A stretch of 64,000 bases of DNA, taken from assembly GCA_902612005.1 (NCBI GenBank), contig CACMCA010000003.1, positions 33,756 through 97,755 of the forward strand, read 5' to 3'. The notes under the pieces are model-generated. The model worked only from the letters and a program-made list of their open reading frames with translations, was not told where the DNA came from and searched no databases. Below are positions 54,490-64,000 of this stretch, piece after piece. The stretch's first letter is position 1. Each line of letters opens with the position of its first letter. The stretch comes from an uncultured Prochlorococcus sp. Lineage in GTDB: Bacteria > Cyanobacteriota > Cyanobacteriia > PCC-6307 > Cyanobiaceae. The position numbers were made by a program, and so were the translations under genes.

Positions 54490-55596
54490 TTTATTAAATC
54501 TAAGACCTTGTAATTCTCCCAGAAAAAAAATCATTTGTTCTCTAGTGCCAATACTAACCCTTATTGACTTACCAATATCTTTTTTGTTTTCCATACTTCT
54601 AATAAGAATTCCTTTTTCTCTCATCTGTTTTATTAAGATTTTAGGATCTTTGTTTGGCCAAATTAAGAAATAATTACCTCCACTAAAATGGGTTCTGATT
54701 TTTGTTGATTTAAATTTATTGAAGATCCATTCCCTTGCTTTTTTTACTTCTAAAACATAATTATCAATATATGATTTGTCTTTAAGTGCTGCTAATGCTG
54801 CTGTTATAGCAAAGCTATTTACATCGTATGGTCCTGTAACTTTATTTATATAATGAATTAAATTTTTATTGCCAAAAGTAAAACCTATTCTTAAACCAGC
54901 TAAACCTGCAGTTTTTGAGAGAGATTGGATTATTAGTATATTTTTATTCTTTTCAAAATCTATCGATTCAAGAAGACTATCCCCACTAAATTTTTCATAT
55001 AGTTCATCAACAACTATTAATGAATCTTTATTGATATTGGCTAAATTAATTATTTCATGAGATCTTAGAACAGTTCCTGTTGGATTATTTGGATTGCAAA
55101 TAAATATTACCTTTGGATTATGCTTTATTATTTTTTCCCTAAATTCTTCGATTGGGAATAGAAAATTTTCTCCAATGTAAGAACAACTTATTTTTTTCAT
55201 TCCTCGGATTTCTGCACAAGGAGAATAGTAACCAAAAGTTGGATTAGTGGTTAGAAATATTTGATCTTTTTCTCCAAAGCAATTAAAAATTGCATTTATT
55301 GCTGCATCTGCTCCGTTGAAAATTCCGATTTCATCATTACCAAATTTTCTTGAATCAAGATATTTATCACATAAAAATTTTTTTAAAAAATTATATTCTG
55401 GATAAATTGAAATCTCATCTAATTTTATCGCTTGTAATGCCTCTAGAACCTTAGGACTTGGACCTAAAGTATTTTCATTAAAGTCTAAGCGGAGTAAATT
55501 TCTTCTATTTTCTAAAGGTGCAGAGTAAGACTGCATATTTATTATTTCTTCTCTTGGTTTTGGGAAAAGATTATTTAATAGATCAAAATCATTCAT
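54382..55596 (-). CDS. hisC: Histidinol-phosphate aminotransferase-like (C-terminus probably frameshifted; expected stop 54486-54488)
   Basis: LDFNEN, CNPNNPTG, DELY, SLSKTAGLAGLRIG, IRVSIG. Confidence 0.88.
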   Translation of the reverse strand: MNDFDLLNNLFPKPREEIINMQSYSAPLENRRNLLRLDFNENTLGPSPKVLEALQAIKLDEISIYPEYNFLKKFLCDKYLDSRKFGNDEIGIFNGADAAINAIFNCFGEKDQIFLTTNPTFGYYSPCAEIRGMKKISCSYIGENFLFPIEEFREKIIKHNPKVIFICNPNNPTGTVLRSHEIINLANINKDSLIVVDELYEKFSGDSLLESIDFEKNKNILIIQSLSKTAGLAGLRIGFTFGNKNLIHYINKVTGPYDVNSFAITAALAALKDKSYIDNYVLEVKKAREWIFNKFKSTKIRTHFSGGNYFLIWPNKDPKILIKQMREKGILIRSMENKKDIGKSIRVSIGTREQMIFFLGELQGLRFNKLITENINCILIDSFRFYFKIFSNILYFKIFHIFDK

Positions 55597-57410
55597 TACA
55601 TTCTTTCTAAAGTTTCAATTCCTAAAAGCTCTAAGCTTAATTTTAGTGTTTTTGCAGTTAGGTCACATAAATTAAGCCTAGAAATTTTTATATTTTTTTC
55701 TTCTTTGAGGATTGGAACTTGATCATAGAATCTATTAAAAGTCTGACATAGCTCGAACAGATAATTGCATAATCTATTTGGCATTAAGTCTTTTTCAATA
55801 GAAATTATGACTTCATCGAACTTAAGTAATTTTCTGATAAGTTTCCACTCAGATTTATGTTCATAATTTACGTACTGAAAATCTTTAGAGTCATAAACAA
55901 AATTATTTTTTCTTTTAATTCCTAAAATTCTTACAAGTGTATATAACAAATAAGGAGCAGTATTACCATTTAGGGAAAGCATTTTATCAAAACTAAATTG
56001 ATAATTGGTAATCCTATTTTGACTTAAATCTGCATACTTAACAGCTCCTAATCCAATAATTCTTGAAGTATTTGCTATAAACTCTTCGGTCTCATAACGA
56101 TCTTCATCTTCTAATCTTTTCAATAAATCTTCTTTTGCTCTTCTAACTGCTTCATTTAATAAATCTTTTAGGCGTATTGTTTCACCTTCTCTTGTCTTTA
56201 GTTTTTTGCCATCAATTCCTTGAACTAACCCAAAAGGGACATGGTCTACTTGACAATTTTCTGGGATCCATTTTGCTTTTTTTGCAACTTGAAAAACTCC
56301 AGCAAAATGATTTGCTTGCCCATGATCAGTTACATAAATAATTCTTGAAGCATCATCGCCATTAGGAGGTTTATTGAATCTGTATCTTATAGCAGCAAGA
56401 TCTGTAGTGGCATAATTAAACCCCCCATCTTTTTTTTGAATAATTAGCGGTAAAGGTTTGCCTTCTTTATTAGTCATCCCATCTAAAAATACACATTTTG
56501 CTCCTTGATCTTCTACTAATATTTTTTCTAAATTCAAATCATCAATAACTGATTTTAAGAAGGGATTATAAAAAGATTCACCTCTTTCTTCTATTTTTAT
56601 TTTTAAATTTTTATAGATTTCATCAAATTCTTTCCTTGATTGATCACATAATAATTTCCATGCTTGAATCGATTTAATATCTCCACTTTGTAACTTAACT
56701 ACTTCCTCTCTAGATCTTTTTTGGAATTTAGATTCGTTATCAAATCTTTTTTTTGATTCTTTATAAAATTCAACTAAATCACTTATTTTGATCTTTCCTA
56801 TTTCTTCTAGATCATTTGAATATAAATCTTTGAGCTGAGTAATAAGCATGCCAAATTGTGTTCCCCAATCACCAACATGATTGAGTCTTAATACTTCATA
56901 ACCTCTTAACTCGAAAATTCTAGATATTGAGTCACCTATTATTGTTGATCTTAAATGCCCTACATGCATTTCTTTAGCAATATTAGGGCTAGAAAAATCT
57001 ACAATAACTTTATTGGACAAACCACTATTTAAATCTTTTCTAATTAGAGGTATGCCAGCCCTATTGCATTGAATATTTGACTTAATTTCATTTATTAGAA
57101 CCTCATCTTTTAATTTTATATTTATAAAACCTGGTCCAGCTATTTCTAGACTCTTACATAATTTTGATATGCTTTTATTTTTATTTAAAAGGTTAATAAA
57201 ATCATTAGAAATATCTCTTGGGTTCTTTTTATATATTTTAGATAAACTTAAACAAACATTACATTGATAATCACCAAATTCCTCTTTTGATGATTGTGTA
57301 ATTAAATTTTTTCGAAGAATTTCGAATTCTCCTTTTTTATCATTTTTTTCAAGACTATCTAAAAGAGATTGTTCAAATTGTTTTGTTAATTCTTTAAAAA
57401 TGATTAGCAT
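55596..57410 (-). CDS. argS: Arginyl-tRNA synthetase
   Basis: [36 protein letters not shown]-terminal ERM. Confidence 0.97.
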   Translation of the reverse strand: MLIIFKELTKQFEQSLLDSLEKNDKKGEFEILRKNLITQSSKEEFGDYQCNVCLSLSKIYKKNPRDISNDFINLLNKNKSISKLCKSLEIAGPGFINIKLKDEVLINEIKSNIQCNRAGIPLIRKDLNSGLSNKVIVDFSSPNIAKEMHVGHLRSTIIGDSISRIFELRGYEVLRLNHVGDWGTQFGMLITQLKDLYSNDLEEIGKIKISDLVEFYKESKKRFDNESKFQKRSREEVVKLQSGDIKSIQAWKLLCDQSRKEFDEIYKNLKIKIEERGESFYNPFLKSVIDDLNLEKILVEDQGAKCVFLDGMTNKEGKPLPLIIQKKDGGFNYATTDLAAIRYRFNKPPNGDDASRIIYVTDHGQANHFAGVFQVAKKAKWIPENCQVDHVPFGLVQGIDGKKLKTREGETIRLKDLLNEAVRRAKEDLLKRLEDEDRYETEEFIANTSRIIGLGAVKYADLSQNRITNYQFSFDKMLSLNGNTAPYLLYTLVRILGIKRKNNFVYDSKDFQYVNYEHKSEWKLIRKLLKFDEVIISIEKDLMPNRLCNYLFELCQTFNRFYDQVPILKEEKNIKISRLNLCDLTAKTLKLSLELLGIETLERM

Positions 57411-57437
57411 TAATTATTCAATTATTTATCTATATAG

Positions 57438-58304
57438 TTAATTAATATAACGCATACTCAAATCAATCCAATTACTTTTGGTGATTGAAGAACTTGTTGA
57501 AATCAAATCAATACCTTTTATTAGATATTTACTAATTTCTTCAGGGTTAATTCCAGAAACTTCTATTATCAAATTTTTATTTACTTCTTTTTTTAAGCTA
57601 TTCATTGATAAATCTCTTAATTCTTGAATGTTTGTTTTGATTATTTCAGGGCTAAGTTCATCCAATAAGACACTATCTGCTCCTGCTAATATTGCTTCTT
57701 TTGCCTGTTCGATATTCTCAGCTTCAATTATGATATGAGTTGTAAAAGGTGAATTTAGTCTAATTTTTTTTACTGCATTATTAAGATTATCTGTCCATCC
57801 AATGTGATTTTCTTTTATCATAGCTGCATCGTATAATCCCATTCTATGATTGACTCCACCTCCGCATTTGAATGCATATTTTTCAAATATTCTTAAGCCA
57901 GGAGTCGTTTTCCTAGTATCTGCTAATTTTATATTTGTACCTTCTAACTTACTTACAAGATTCTTTGTGCATGTTGATATTCCAGATAAATGCATTGCTA
58001 TATTTAAGCTTATTCTTTCACTAGCTAGCAAACTTTTTGAAGGCCCATATATTTCTAAGAGTTTTTGATCTTTAACAAATTGATCTCCATCAGAGATATT
58101 AAATTTTGGACTGATTTTTAAATCAATTTTTCTAAAAATTTCTTTTATAATTTCAACCCCGCAGAATATACCCTCTTCTTTTGCAATCCAATATGCATTA
58201 CCATTCTCTTCTGTAATAGAGGAACTTGTAAGATCTCCCCTACCTATATCTTCATCGATCCAATTATCAATGATTTTACTTATTATTGGAGTATTTAAAT
58301 CCAC
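57438..58304 (-). CDS. nadC: Nicotinate-nucleotide pyrophosphorylase
   Basis: EDIGRGDLT, DTRKTTPG, NHR.GL.D..MIKENH. Confidence 0.96.
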   Translation of the reverse strand: MDLNTPIISKIIDNWIDEDIGRGDLTSSSITEENGNAYWIAKEEGIFCGVEIIKEIFRKIDLKISPKFNISDGDQFVKDQKLLEIYGPSKSLLASERISLNIAMHLSGISTCTKNLVSKLEGTNIKLADTRKTTPGLRIFEKYAFKCGGGVNHRMGLYDAAMIKENHIGWTDNLNNAVKKIRLNSPFTTHIIIEAENIEQAKEAILAGADSVLLDELSPEIIKTNIQELRDLSMNSLKKEVNKNLIIEVSGINPEEISKYLIKGIDLISTSSSITKSNWIDLSMRYIN

Positions 58305-58382
58305 TAAACTAAGAAATAATTAATAAAAATTAAACTGAAGTTAGAGAATCAACTATATATCACTATGTAATTTAACTCAAAT

Positions 58383-59765
58383 TTATTTACCAATACAAAA
58401 CTTAGAAAAAATATTATCTAGAAGTTCCTCTGTTAATTCTTGACCAGTTATTTTAGATAAGTTTTGAATTCCATCTCTCAGCTCAATTGATAACAAATCA
58501 AATGGCAATTTATTTTTAATTATTTCATCAGTATCCTTTAAATTAGATAAGCAAGCAGACAAATTTGTTAGATGTCTTTCGTTTAAAAATATATTGATAT
58601 TTTCTACTTGTTTTAATCCGCATTTTTTTATAATTGTGTCTATTAATAATCTTTCACCATCATTATTCTTAATACTCATAAGAATTGTGTTTTTTAACTC
58701 ATTTGAATTAATATTTTTGCAATCAATTAAATCTTTTTTATTGCCCAAAATAGTAATTAATTTTTCTTTGGGAATTTCTTTTATTATTTTTTTGTCTTCT
58801 TCATTAAATCCTTCTTCAAGACTATAAATATAAATTATAAAATCTGACTCTTTTATTTTCCCAAAACTTTTTTTAATTCCAATACTTTCAATTTGTTCAT
58901 GAGTTTCTCTTATGCCAGCAGTATCAATTATTTTCATTGGAATATCATTAATAGTTAAATTAACTTCAATAACATCTCTAGTTGTTCCAGGAATATTAGT
59001 TACGATTGCTTTCTCTTTTTTTGCAAGCAAATTTAATAAAGAGCTTTTGCCAACATTTGTTTTACCTATAAGCGCAATGGATATTCCATTGTGAATATAT
59101 GAATTTCTTTTTGCATTTTCTATTAGTAATTCTATTTTTTCTTTGACTTTTTTAATGTTTTTTAGATATTTGGTGTAATCAAAATCTGTGAAGTCTTCTT
59201 CAAAATCAACTCTCGCTTCTATTTCGCAAAGTTGATTTATAAGGTCATTTTTAATATCATCAATTTTTTTCTTTATTTCTCCTTGAACCCCGCTAAAGGC
59301 TAACTCTGCTGATCTGGTATTGCTTGCATTAATTAATTGATTAATCGACTCGGCTTGAGTAAGGTCTATTTTCCCATTAAGAAAAGCTCTTTGACTAAAT
59401 TCTCCTGGGTTTGCAAGTCTAACTCTAGAATTACAAGATAATAATATCTTTAAAACTTTATTTACTATGATAATTCCGCCATGGCAATGAATTTCAACCA
59501 CATCCTCTCCTGTTAAGCTATTTGGGGATTTCATCACTAAAATTAAAACCTCATCTATAAATTTATTTTGTTTATTTTCCTGAATAAAACCACGAAAAAC
59601 TCTATGTGATTCCCATGCATATTTAGATTTAGTTTGAACAATCTTTTTGCAAGAATTTATTGCGTCTTTCCCTGATACTCTTATTATCGCAACTCCTCCC
59701 TTCCCAATACTTATAGCTGAAGCAATTGCGGCTATCGTATCTTCTGTAGTAACTATCGAATCCAT
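58383..59765 (-). CDS. mnmE: tRNA modification GTPase MnmE
   Basis: [37 protein letters not shown] terminus. Confidence 0.97.
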   Translation of the reverse strand: MDSIVTTEDTIAAIASAISIGKGGVAIIRVSGKDAINSCKKIVQTKSKYAWESHRVFRGFIQENKQNKFIDEVLILVMKSPNSLTGEDVVEIHCHGGIIIVNKVLKILLSCNSRVRLANPGEFSQRAFLNGKIDLTQAESINQLINASNTRSAELAFSGVQGEIKKKIDDIKNDLINQLCEIEARVDFEEDFTDFDYTKYLKNIKKVKEKIELLIENAKRNSYIHNGISIALIGKTNVGKSSLLNLLAKKEKAIVTNIPGTTRDVIEVNLTINDIPMKIIDTAGIRETHEQIESIGIKKSFGKIKESDFIIYIYSLEEGFNEEDKKIIKEIPKEKLITILGNKKDLIDCKNINSNELKNTILMSIKNNDGERLLIDTIIKKCGLKQVENINIFLNERHLTNLSACLSNLKDTDEIIKNKLPFDLLSIELRDGIQNLSKITGQELTEELLDNIFSKFCIGK

Positions 59766-59831
59766 CTCTCGCTTTGTTATGGATAATTAAGTAAGATTAT
59801 CAAGAATTTAATTTTGAAATTTTTTTTCTGA

Positions 59832-60275
59832 ATGAGATTTAAAAGAGATATTACCTATAAGAAAATTCTATCATTATTTAGGAGTCAGAATGGAAGTCCT
59901 TTCTTTAATGCTAAAGGTTTAGCTATAGGGGTATTTAGTGGTTGCTTTCCATTTTTTGGTTTTCAAACTTTAATGGGAGTATTTTTTGCGAAAATAGCTA
60001 AGGGCAATATTGTTCTAGCTGCAATTGGTACCTGGATCAGCAACCCTTTTACTTATATTCCACTTTATTATTTTAACTATAAAGTTGGTTCAATTTTTTT
60101 AAATAATCCTTCTAATAAAATTCTTGAAAAAAGTTTAGTTATTGATGACTTATGGAAACAAGGTAGAATTTTTTCCTTAAAATTACTCTTAGGTTCATTT
60201 TGTGTAGGTATTTTATTAGCTTTGATTTGCGGCAGTATTGTTTTCTTTATCTACAAGATAAAAAGTAAAAGATAG
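59832..60275 (+). CDS. DUF2062-like membrane protein
   Basis: A.GLAIGVF.GCFPFFG.QT and WISNP.T..PLY motifs. Confidence 0.8.
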   Translation: MRFKRDITYKKILSLFRSQNGSPFFNAKGLAIGVFSGCFPFFGFQTLMGVFFAKIAKGNIVLAAIGTWISNPFTYIPLYYFNYKVGSIFLNNPSNKILEKSLVIDDLWKQGRIFSLKLLLGSFCVGILLALICGSIVFFIYKIKSKR

Positions 60276-60293
60276 ATTGATCTGATTTTAAAA

Positions 60294-62603
60294 TTAACTT
60301 TGTCCAACTCTGGCAATATCTAAAACATCTGCCATTGATTTAATTTGTTCAATTGTTTTGTGAAGTTGATTATAACTTTCAAGACCTACACAAAGATTTA
60401 TAATAGCTGGTTTACCATAAGCAGTTTTAACATTAGCATCACTAACGTTTATACCTTTATCAGATAACCGCATAAGAATATCTTTAAGAACTCCAACTCG
60501 ATCAATTACTTCTATTCGTAGCTGAATTGGAAACTTATTTTCGCCAGTTTTATTATCTTGATTCCAACCGACAGGTAATCTTCTCTCTATTGGAATTGGT
60601 ATTACATTTTCACAATCTTCCCTATGTATAGTTATCCCATGGTTGCCGAGCGACACAGTTCCGATAATATCCTCGCCTGGGAGTGGGGAACAGCATTTAC
60701 CTATTCTGTAATCAAGACCTTCTATCCCGGAAATTGGTGATTTAGTTGCTGTATTAGATTGATTAGTGGATAAATTATTATTACTTTTAAGAGATTTTGC
60801 TATTTCAGAGTCAGAATCATTTTTTACATCTTCTGTCTGTAATTTTATTTCTTCTCTTAGTCTGTTTAATACTTGATGCAAAGTTAAACCACCAAAACCA
60901 AGAGATGCAAGAAGGTCTTCAGTAGTTTTTAAATTGCATCGATTTGCAACTTTTTTCATAGCTTCACTAGAAAGTAATGCTTCAAAACCGTTTCTACCTA
61001 CTTCTTTTTCAAGTAAATCTCTACCTCTTTTGATCGTTTCATCACGATGGCTTTTCTTATACCATTGGCGAATTCTATTTTTAGCAGTTGGCGTAACTAC
61101 AAAGTTCAGCCAATCCAAGCTTGGAGTAGCATTATTACTTGTCAAAATTTCTATGAAGTCACCATTTTGAAGTGCTGTAGATAATGGAGAAAGCTTTTCA
61201 TTAATCCTTATTCCATTACAGTGATTTCCAACTTCAGAATGGATTCTGTAGGCGAAATCTATAGCGGTAGATCCTTTCTTTAAACCAACAACATCCCCTT
61301 TTGGAGTGATTACAAATACTTCTTCATCAAATAAATCTTCTTTAATTGAAGCTAAATAATCATTATGATCCCTTTCATTACCTTCTTGTTGCCATTCTAC
61401 TAATTGTCTTAGCCAATTAAATCTCTCGGCATTACTTTTAGCAGGAGAACCACCCTCTTTATATTGCCAATGAGCGGCAATACCATATTCAGCAATTTGA
61501 TGCATCGAAGTAGTTCTAATTTGAACTTCAATAGGTCGATGTCTTCCAATCACAGAAGTGTGTAAGGACTGATATCCATTGGGTTTTGGTAATCCTATAT
61601 AGTCTTTAAATCTACCTGGAATTGGTTTGAAAGTATCATGAACAACTGCTAAAGCTCTATAACAACTATCTGAATTGTCCACGATAATTCTTAGGGCAGC
61701 AACATCATAAATCTCGTGAAAATGCTTTTGTTGTCTTTCCATTTTGCTCCAGATGCCATAAAGATGTTTTGGCCTTCCTGTTATTTCAAAATTTTTCAAA
61801 CCCGCTGAAATCAAGTTTTCCTTCATAAGATTCAAAGTTACTTTTAATCTTTTTTCTCTATCACTTCTTTTAACGGCGATTTGATCTTTAAGATCTAGAT
61901 ATTCTTTAGGCTCTAGGAATTTAAAAGCTAAATCTTCTAATTCCCATTTAAATCTGTTTATTCCTAGTCGATTAGCTAATGGTGCATAAATCTCTCTTGT
62001 TTCTCTCGCTATTCTTAGTTTTTTCTCATCATTTAGCCATTCAATTGTTCTCATGTTATGAAGTCGATCTGCAAGTTTAACTAAGACAACTCTGATATCG
62101 CTGGCCATAGCTAAAAACATTTTCCTAAGATTTTCAGCTTGTGCTTCAGTCCTATTGTTAAAGTGAATGCCGCCTAATTTTGTTACACCCTCTACAAGTA
62201 TTTTTACTTCTAATCCAAAATTTGTTTCTATTTCAGATAAATCAATGCCAGTATCTTCAACTACATCATGTAAAAGACCTGCAGCAATAACAGATGAACT
62301 AGCACCTATTTCTTTAAGTAGATTTGCAACAGCAACCGGGTGGATAATGTATGGCTCGCCGCTCGCACGGAATTGTCCATTATGAGCTTTATAAGCAAGT
62401 TTAAAAGCCTTTACTATAAGGTTTTGATTCTCATCATTTTCTTTATTTGATTTTTCAAAATTATGAATATCTTTAAGAAGCCAATCGGGAATGTTTATTT
62501 GATAATTCAAAGATTCACTTTCATATTTTTTATTTTCAGGCAAAATAGTTTTGGAAACTTCAATTTCGTTTTTTTCTTTTGAATTTGCAGCTGCCTCGGA
62601 CAT
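60294..62603 (-). CDS. spoT: Bifunctional (p)ppGpp synthetase/hydrolase
   Basis: SGEPYIIHP, intact HD (LHDVVED), KPNGYQSLHT, TGS, CC and ACT domains. Confidence 0.97.
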   Translation of the reverse strand: MSEAAANSKEKNEIEVSKTILPENKKYESESLNYQINIPDWLLKDIHNFEKSNKENDENQNLIVKAFKLAYKAHNGQFRASGEPYIIHPVAVANLLKEIGASSSVIAAGLLHDVVEDTGIDLSEIETNFGLEVKILVEGVTKLGGIHFNNRTEAQAENLRKMFLAMASDIRVVLVKLADRLHNMRTIEWLNDEKKLRIARETREIYAPLANRLGINRFKWELEDLAFKFLEPKEYLDLKDQIAVKRSDREKRLKVTLNLMKENLISAGLKNFEITGRPKHLYGIWSKMERQQKHFHEIYDVAALRIIVDNSDSCYRALAVVHDTFKPIPGRFKDYIGLPKPNGYQSLHTSVIGRHRPIEVQIRTTSMHQIAEYGIAAHWQYKEGGSPAKSNAERFNWLRQLVEWQQEGNERDHNDYLASIKEDLFDEEVFVITPKGDVVGLKKGSTAIDFAYRIHSEVGNHCNGIRINEKLSPLSTALQNGDFIEILTSNNATPSLDWLNFVVTPTAKNRIRQWYKKSHRDETIKRGRDLLEKEVGRNGFEALLSSEAMKKVANRCNLKTTEDLLASLGFGGLTLHQVLNRLREEIKLQTEDVKNDSDSEIAKSLKSNNNLSTNQSNTATKSPISGIEGLDYRIGKCCSPLPGEDIIGTVSLGNHGITIHREDCENVIPIPIERRLPVGWNQDNKTGENKFPIQLRIEVIDRVGVLKDILMRLSDKGINVSDANVKTAYGKPAIINLCVGLESYNQLHKTIEQIKSMADVLDIARVGQS

Positions 62604-62657
62604 TTTATATTGCTTTAGATGTATTTTATTTATGTCTAGAAAAATTTGCTATGAATC

Positions 62658-64000
62658 ATGGAAAAAAATAAAGAAAAAATTATTGTAGTTAAAAATCTTA
62701 CTGTTAAATATGGTCTAAAACAGCAACCTATTATCAAAAATTTTAATTTGGAAATAGATAGTGGAGATCATTTGGCCATAATAGGACCTTCTGGATGTGG
62801 AAAGACCACTTTTGCAAAAACATTAGTAAATATATTGCCTGCAAAGGCAACTTCTAAAGGGTATCTATCGATTTCTAATGTAGATCCTAGGAAAATAAAC
62901 AACAAAGATGCACAATTATTTAGAAGAAAGAATTTTGGATTTATTTATCAAGACTCTATAAAAAAACTTAACCCGCTTATGAGAGTTGGGGATCATTTAT
63001 ATGAATTATTTAAAACATATGATCAAACTAAATCATCTTTAGCGATTAAAAAATTAGTAAGAGAAGTTTTTCAAAAAGTCGGAATTGAAGAAAGTAGACT
63101 TGATTCTTTCCCACATCAATTTAGCGGCGGAATGAGACAGAGAGTTTCTATAGCAATGGCACTTGCTTTGAAACCTAAATTATTAATAGCTGATGAACCT
63201 ACAACAAGCTTAGATACCAAAACAAGTTTTGAAATTATGCAAGAAATAATTCATCTATGTAATGAATTTGATACAACTTTAATTTTAATTAGTCATGATA
63301 TTAATCTTGCAGCAAAGTGGTGTAGAAAAGTTGCAATAATTGAAAAGGGATCGATTGTTGAAAAGGGGAATATATTAGATATTTTTCAATCACCAAAATC
63401 AGATATCGGGAAAAAGTTAGTAAATGCTTCAAAAATAGTATTAGAACCAAATACTAAAAATAATGCTCGAGATCAGGTCGTTCTAGAGGTAAATAACCTA
63501 AGACATTGGTATAAATTAAATTCTTCAATTTTCATTAATAAATGGAATAAGGCTTTAAATGAAGTTAGTTTCAAGTTATATGAGAATGAGACTCTTGGAA
63601 TAGTTGGTTCTTCAGGGAGTGGTAAAAGTACATTATGTAGGGCTTTAATTGGACTTCTTAAAGTAAGAGGTGGTGAAATCAAAATTTATGATAAAAATCA
63701 TGCATCGAAAAAAAATAAATCTTTTAAAAAGAACAATAAAGTGCAAATTATTTTTCAAGATCCTTTTTCAAGTTTGAACCCGAAAATGACAATTAAAAGT
63801 ATTTTGGAAGATATATTTTTTATTCAAAAAATTTCAGATAAAAGAAAAATCGAAAAAGAAATAAAATTAATGTTTAGAAATTTGAATCTTCCCTTAAATA
63901 ATGATTTTTTTAATTCTTATTCTAGCCAATTATCTGGTGGTCAACTGCAAAGAATTTCATTAGCCAGAGCGCTATTGTTGAAACCAAAAATTTTGATTTG
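62658..64000 (+). CDS. Dual-ATPase ABC transporter subunit (oligopeptide/Dpp-type), runs off the window end
   Basis: Hand translation from ATG at 62658 gives GPSGCGKT, FPHQFSGGMRQR, LIADEPTT, then a second domain with GSSGSGKST, IFQDP, QLSGGQLQR. Absent from the ORF track because it has no stop in the window. Confidence 0.92.
   Translation, partial: MEKNKEKIIVVKNLTVKYGLKQQPIIKNFNLEIDSGDHLAIIGPSGCGKTTFAKTLVNILPAKATSKGYLSISNVDPRKINNKDAQLFRRKNFGFIYQDSIKKLNPLMRVGDHLYELFKTYDQTKSSLAIKKLVREVFQKVGIEESRLDSFPHQFSGGMRQRVSIAMALALKPKLLIADEPTTSLDTKTSFEIMQEIIHLCNEFDTTLILISHDINLAAKWCRKVAIIEKGSIVEKGNILDIFQSPKSDIGKKLVNASKIVLEPNTKNNARDQVVLEVNNLRHWYKLNSSIFINKWNKALNEVSFKLYENETLGIVGSSGSGKSTLCRALIGLLKVRGGEIKIYDKNHASKKNKSFKKNNKVQIIFQDPFSSLNPKMTIKSILEDIFFIQKISDKRKIEKEIKLMFRNLNLPLNNDFFNSYSSQLSGGQLQRISLARALLLKPKILI

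Overview
AT-rich, extremely gene-dense core-genome segment. Gene content, gene order and protein sequences point to a marine picocyanobacterium, most likely high-light Prochlorococcus marinus. It runs from a partial cysK through tRNA-Asn, rpaA, holB-tmk-Cu ATPase, ycf3, radA, rpaB-plsX-fabH-fabD-plsC, carotenoid genes (crtB, crtP, Z-ISO-like), NDH-1 genes (ndhM, F1, D1, A, I, G, E, H), gltA, trpB, cysC, purE, chlM, the men cluster, gshB/grx, prfB, hisC, argS, nadC, mnmE and relA/spoT, to a partial dual-ATPase ABC gene. I saw no CRISPR array, integrase, transposase, prophage or rRNA, and no clear new multi-gene system. The best second-look items are: (1) a repeat-built N-terminal extension on PlsX; (2) the prfB programmed +1 frameshift, which the ORF track misses; (3) a homopolymer frameshift at the end of hisC; (4) a loop-less, probably CC-only tRNA nucleotidyltransferase; (5) a small variable patch behind tRNA-Asn with a broken ORF and a long palindrome; (6) a PedR-like regulator overlapped by a small Cys-containing ORF. 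Family calls rest on motif recognition from memory, not on database searches.
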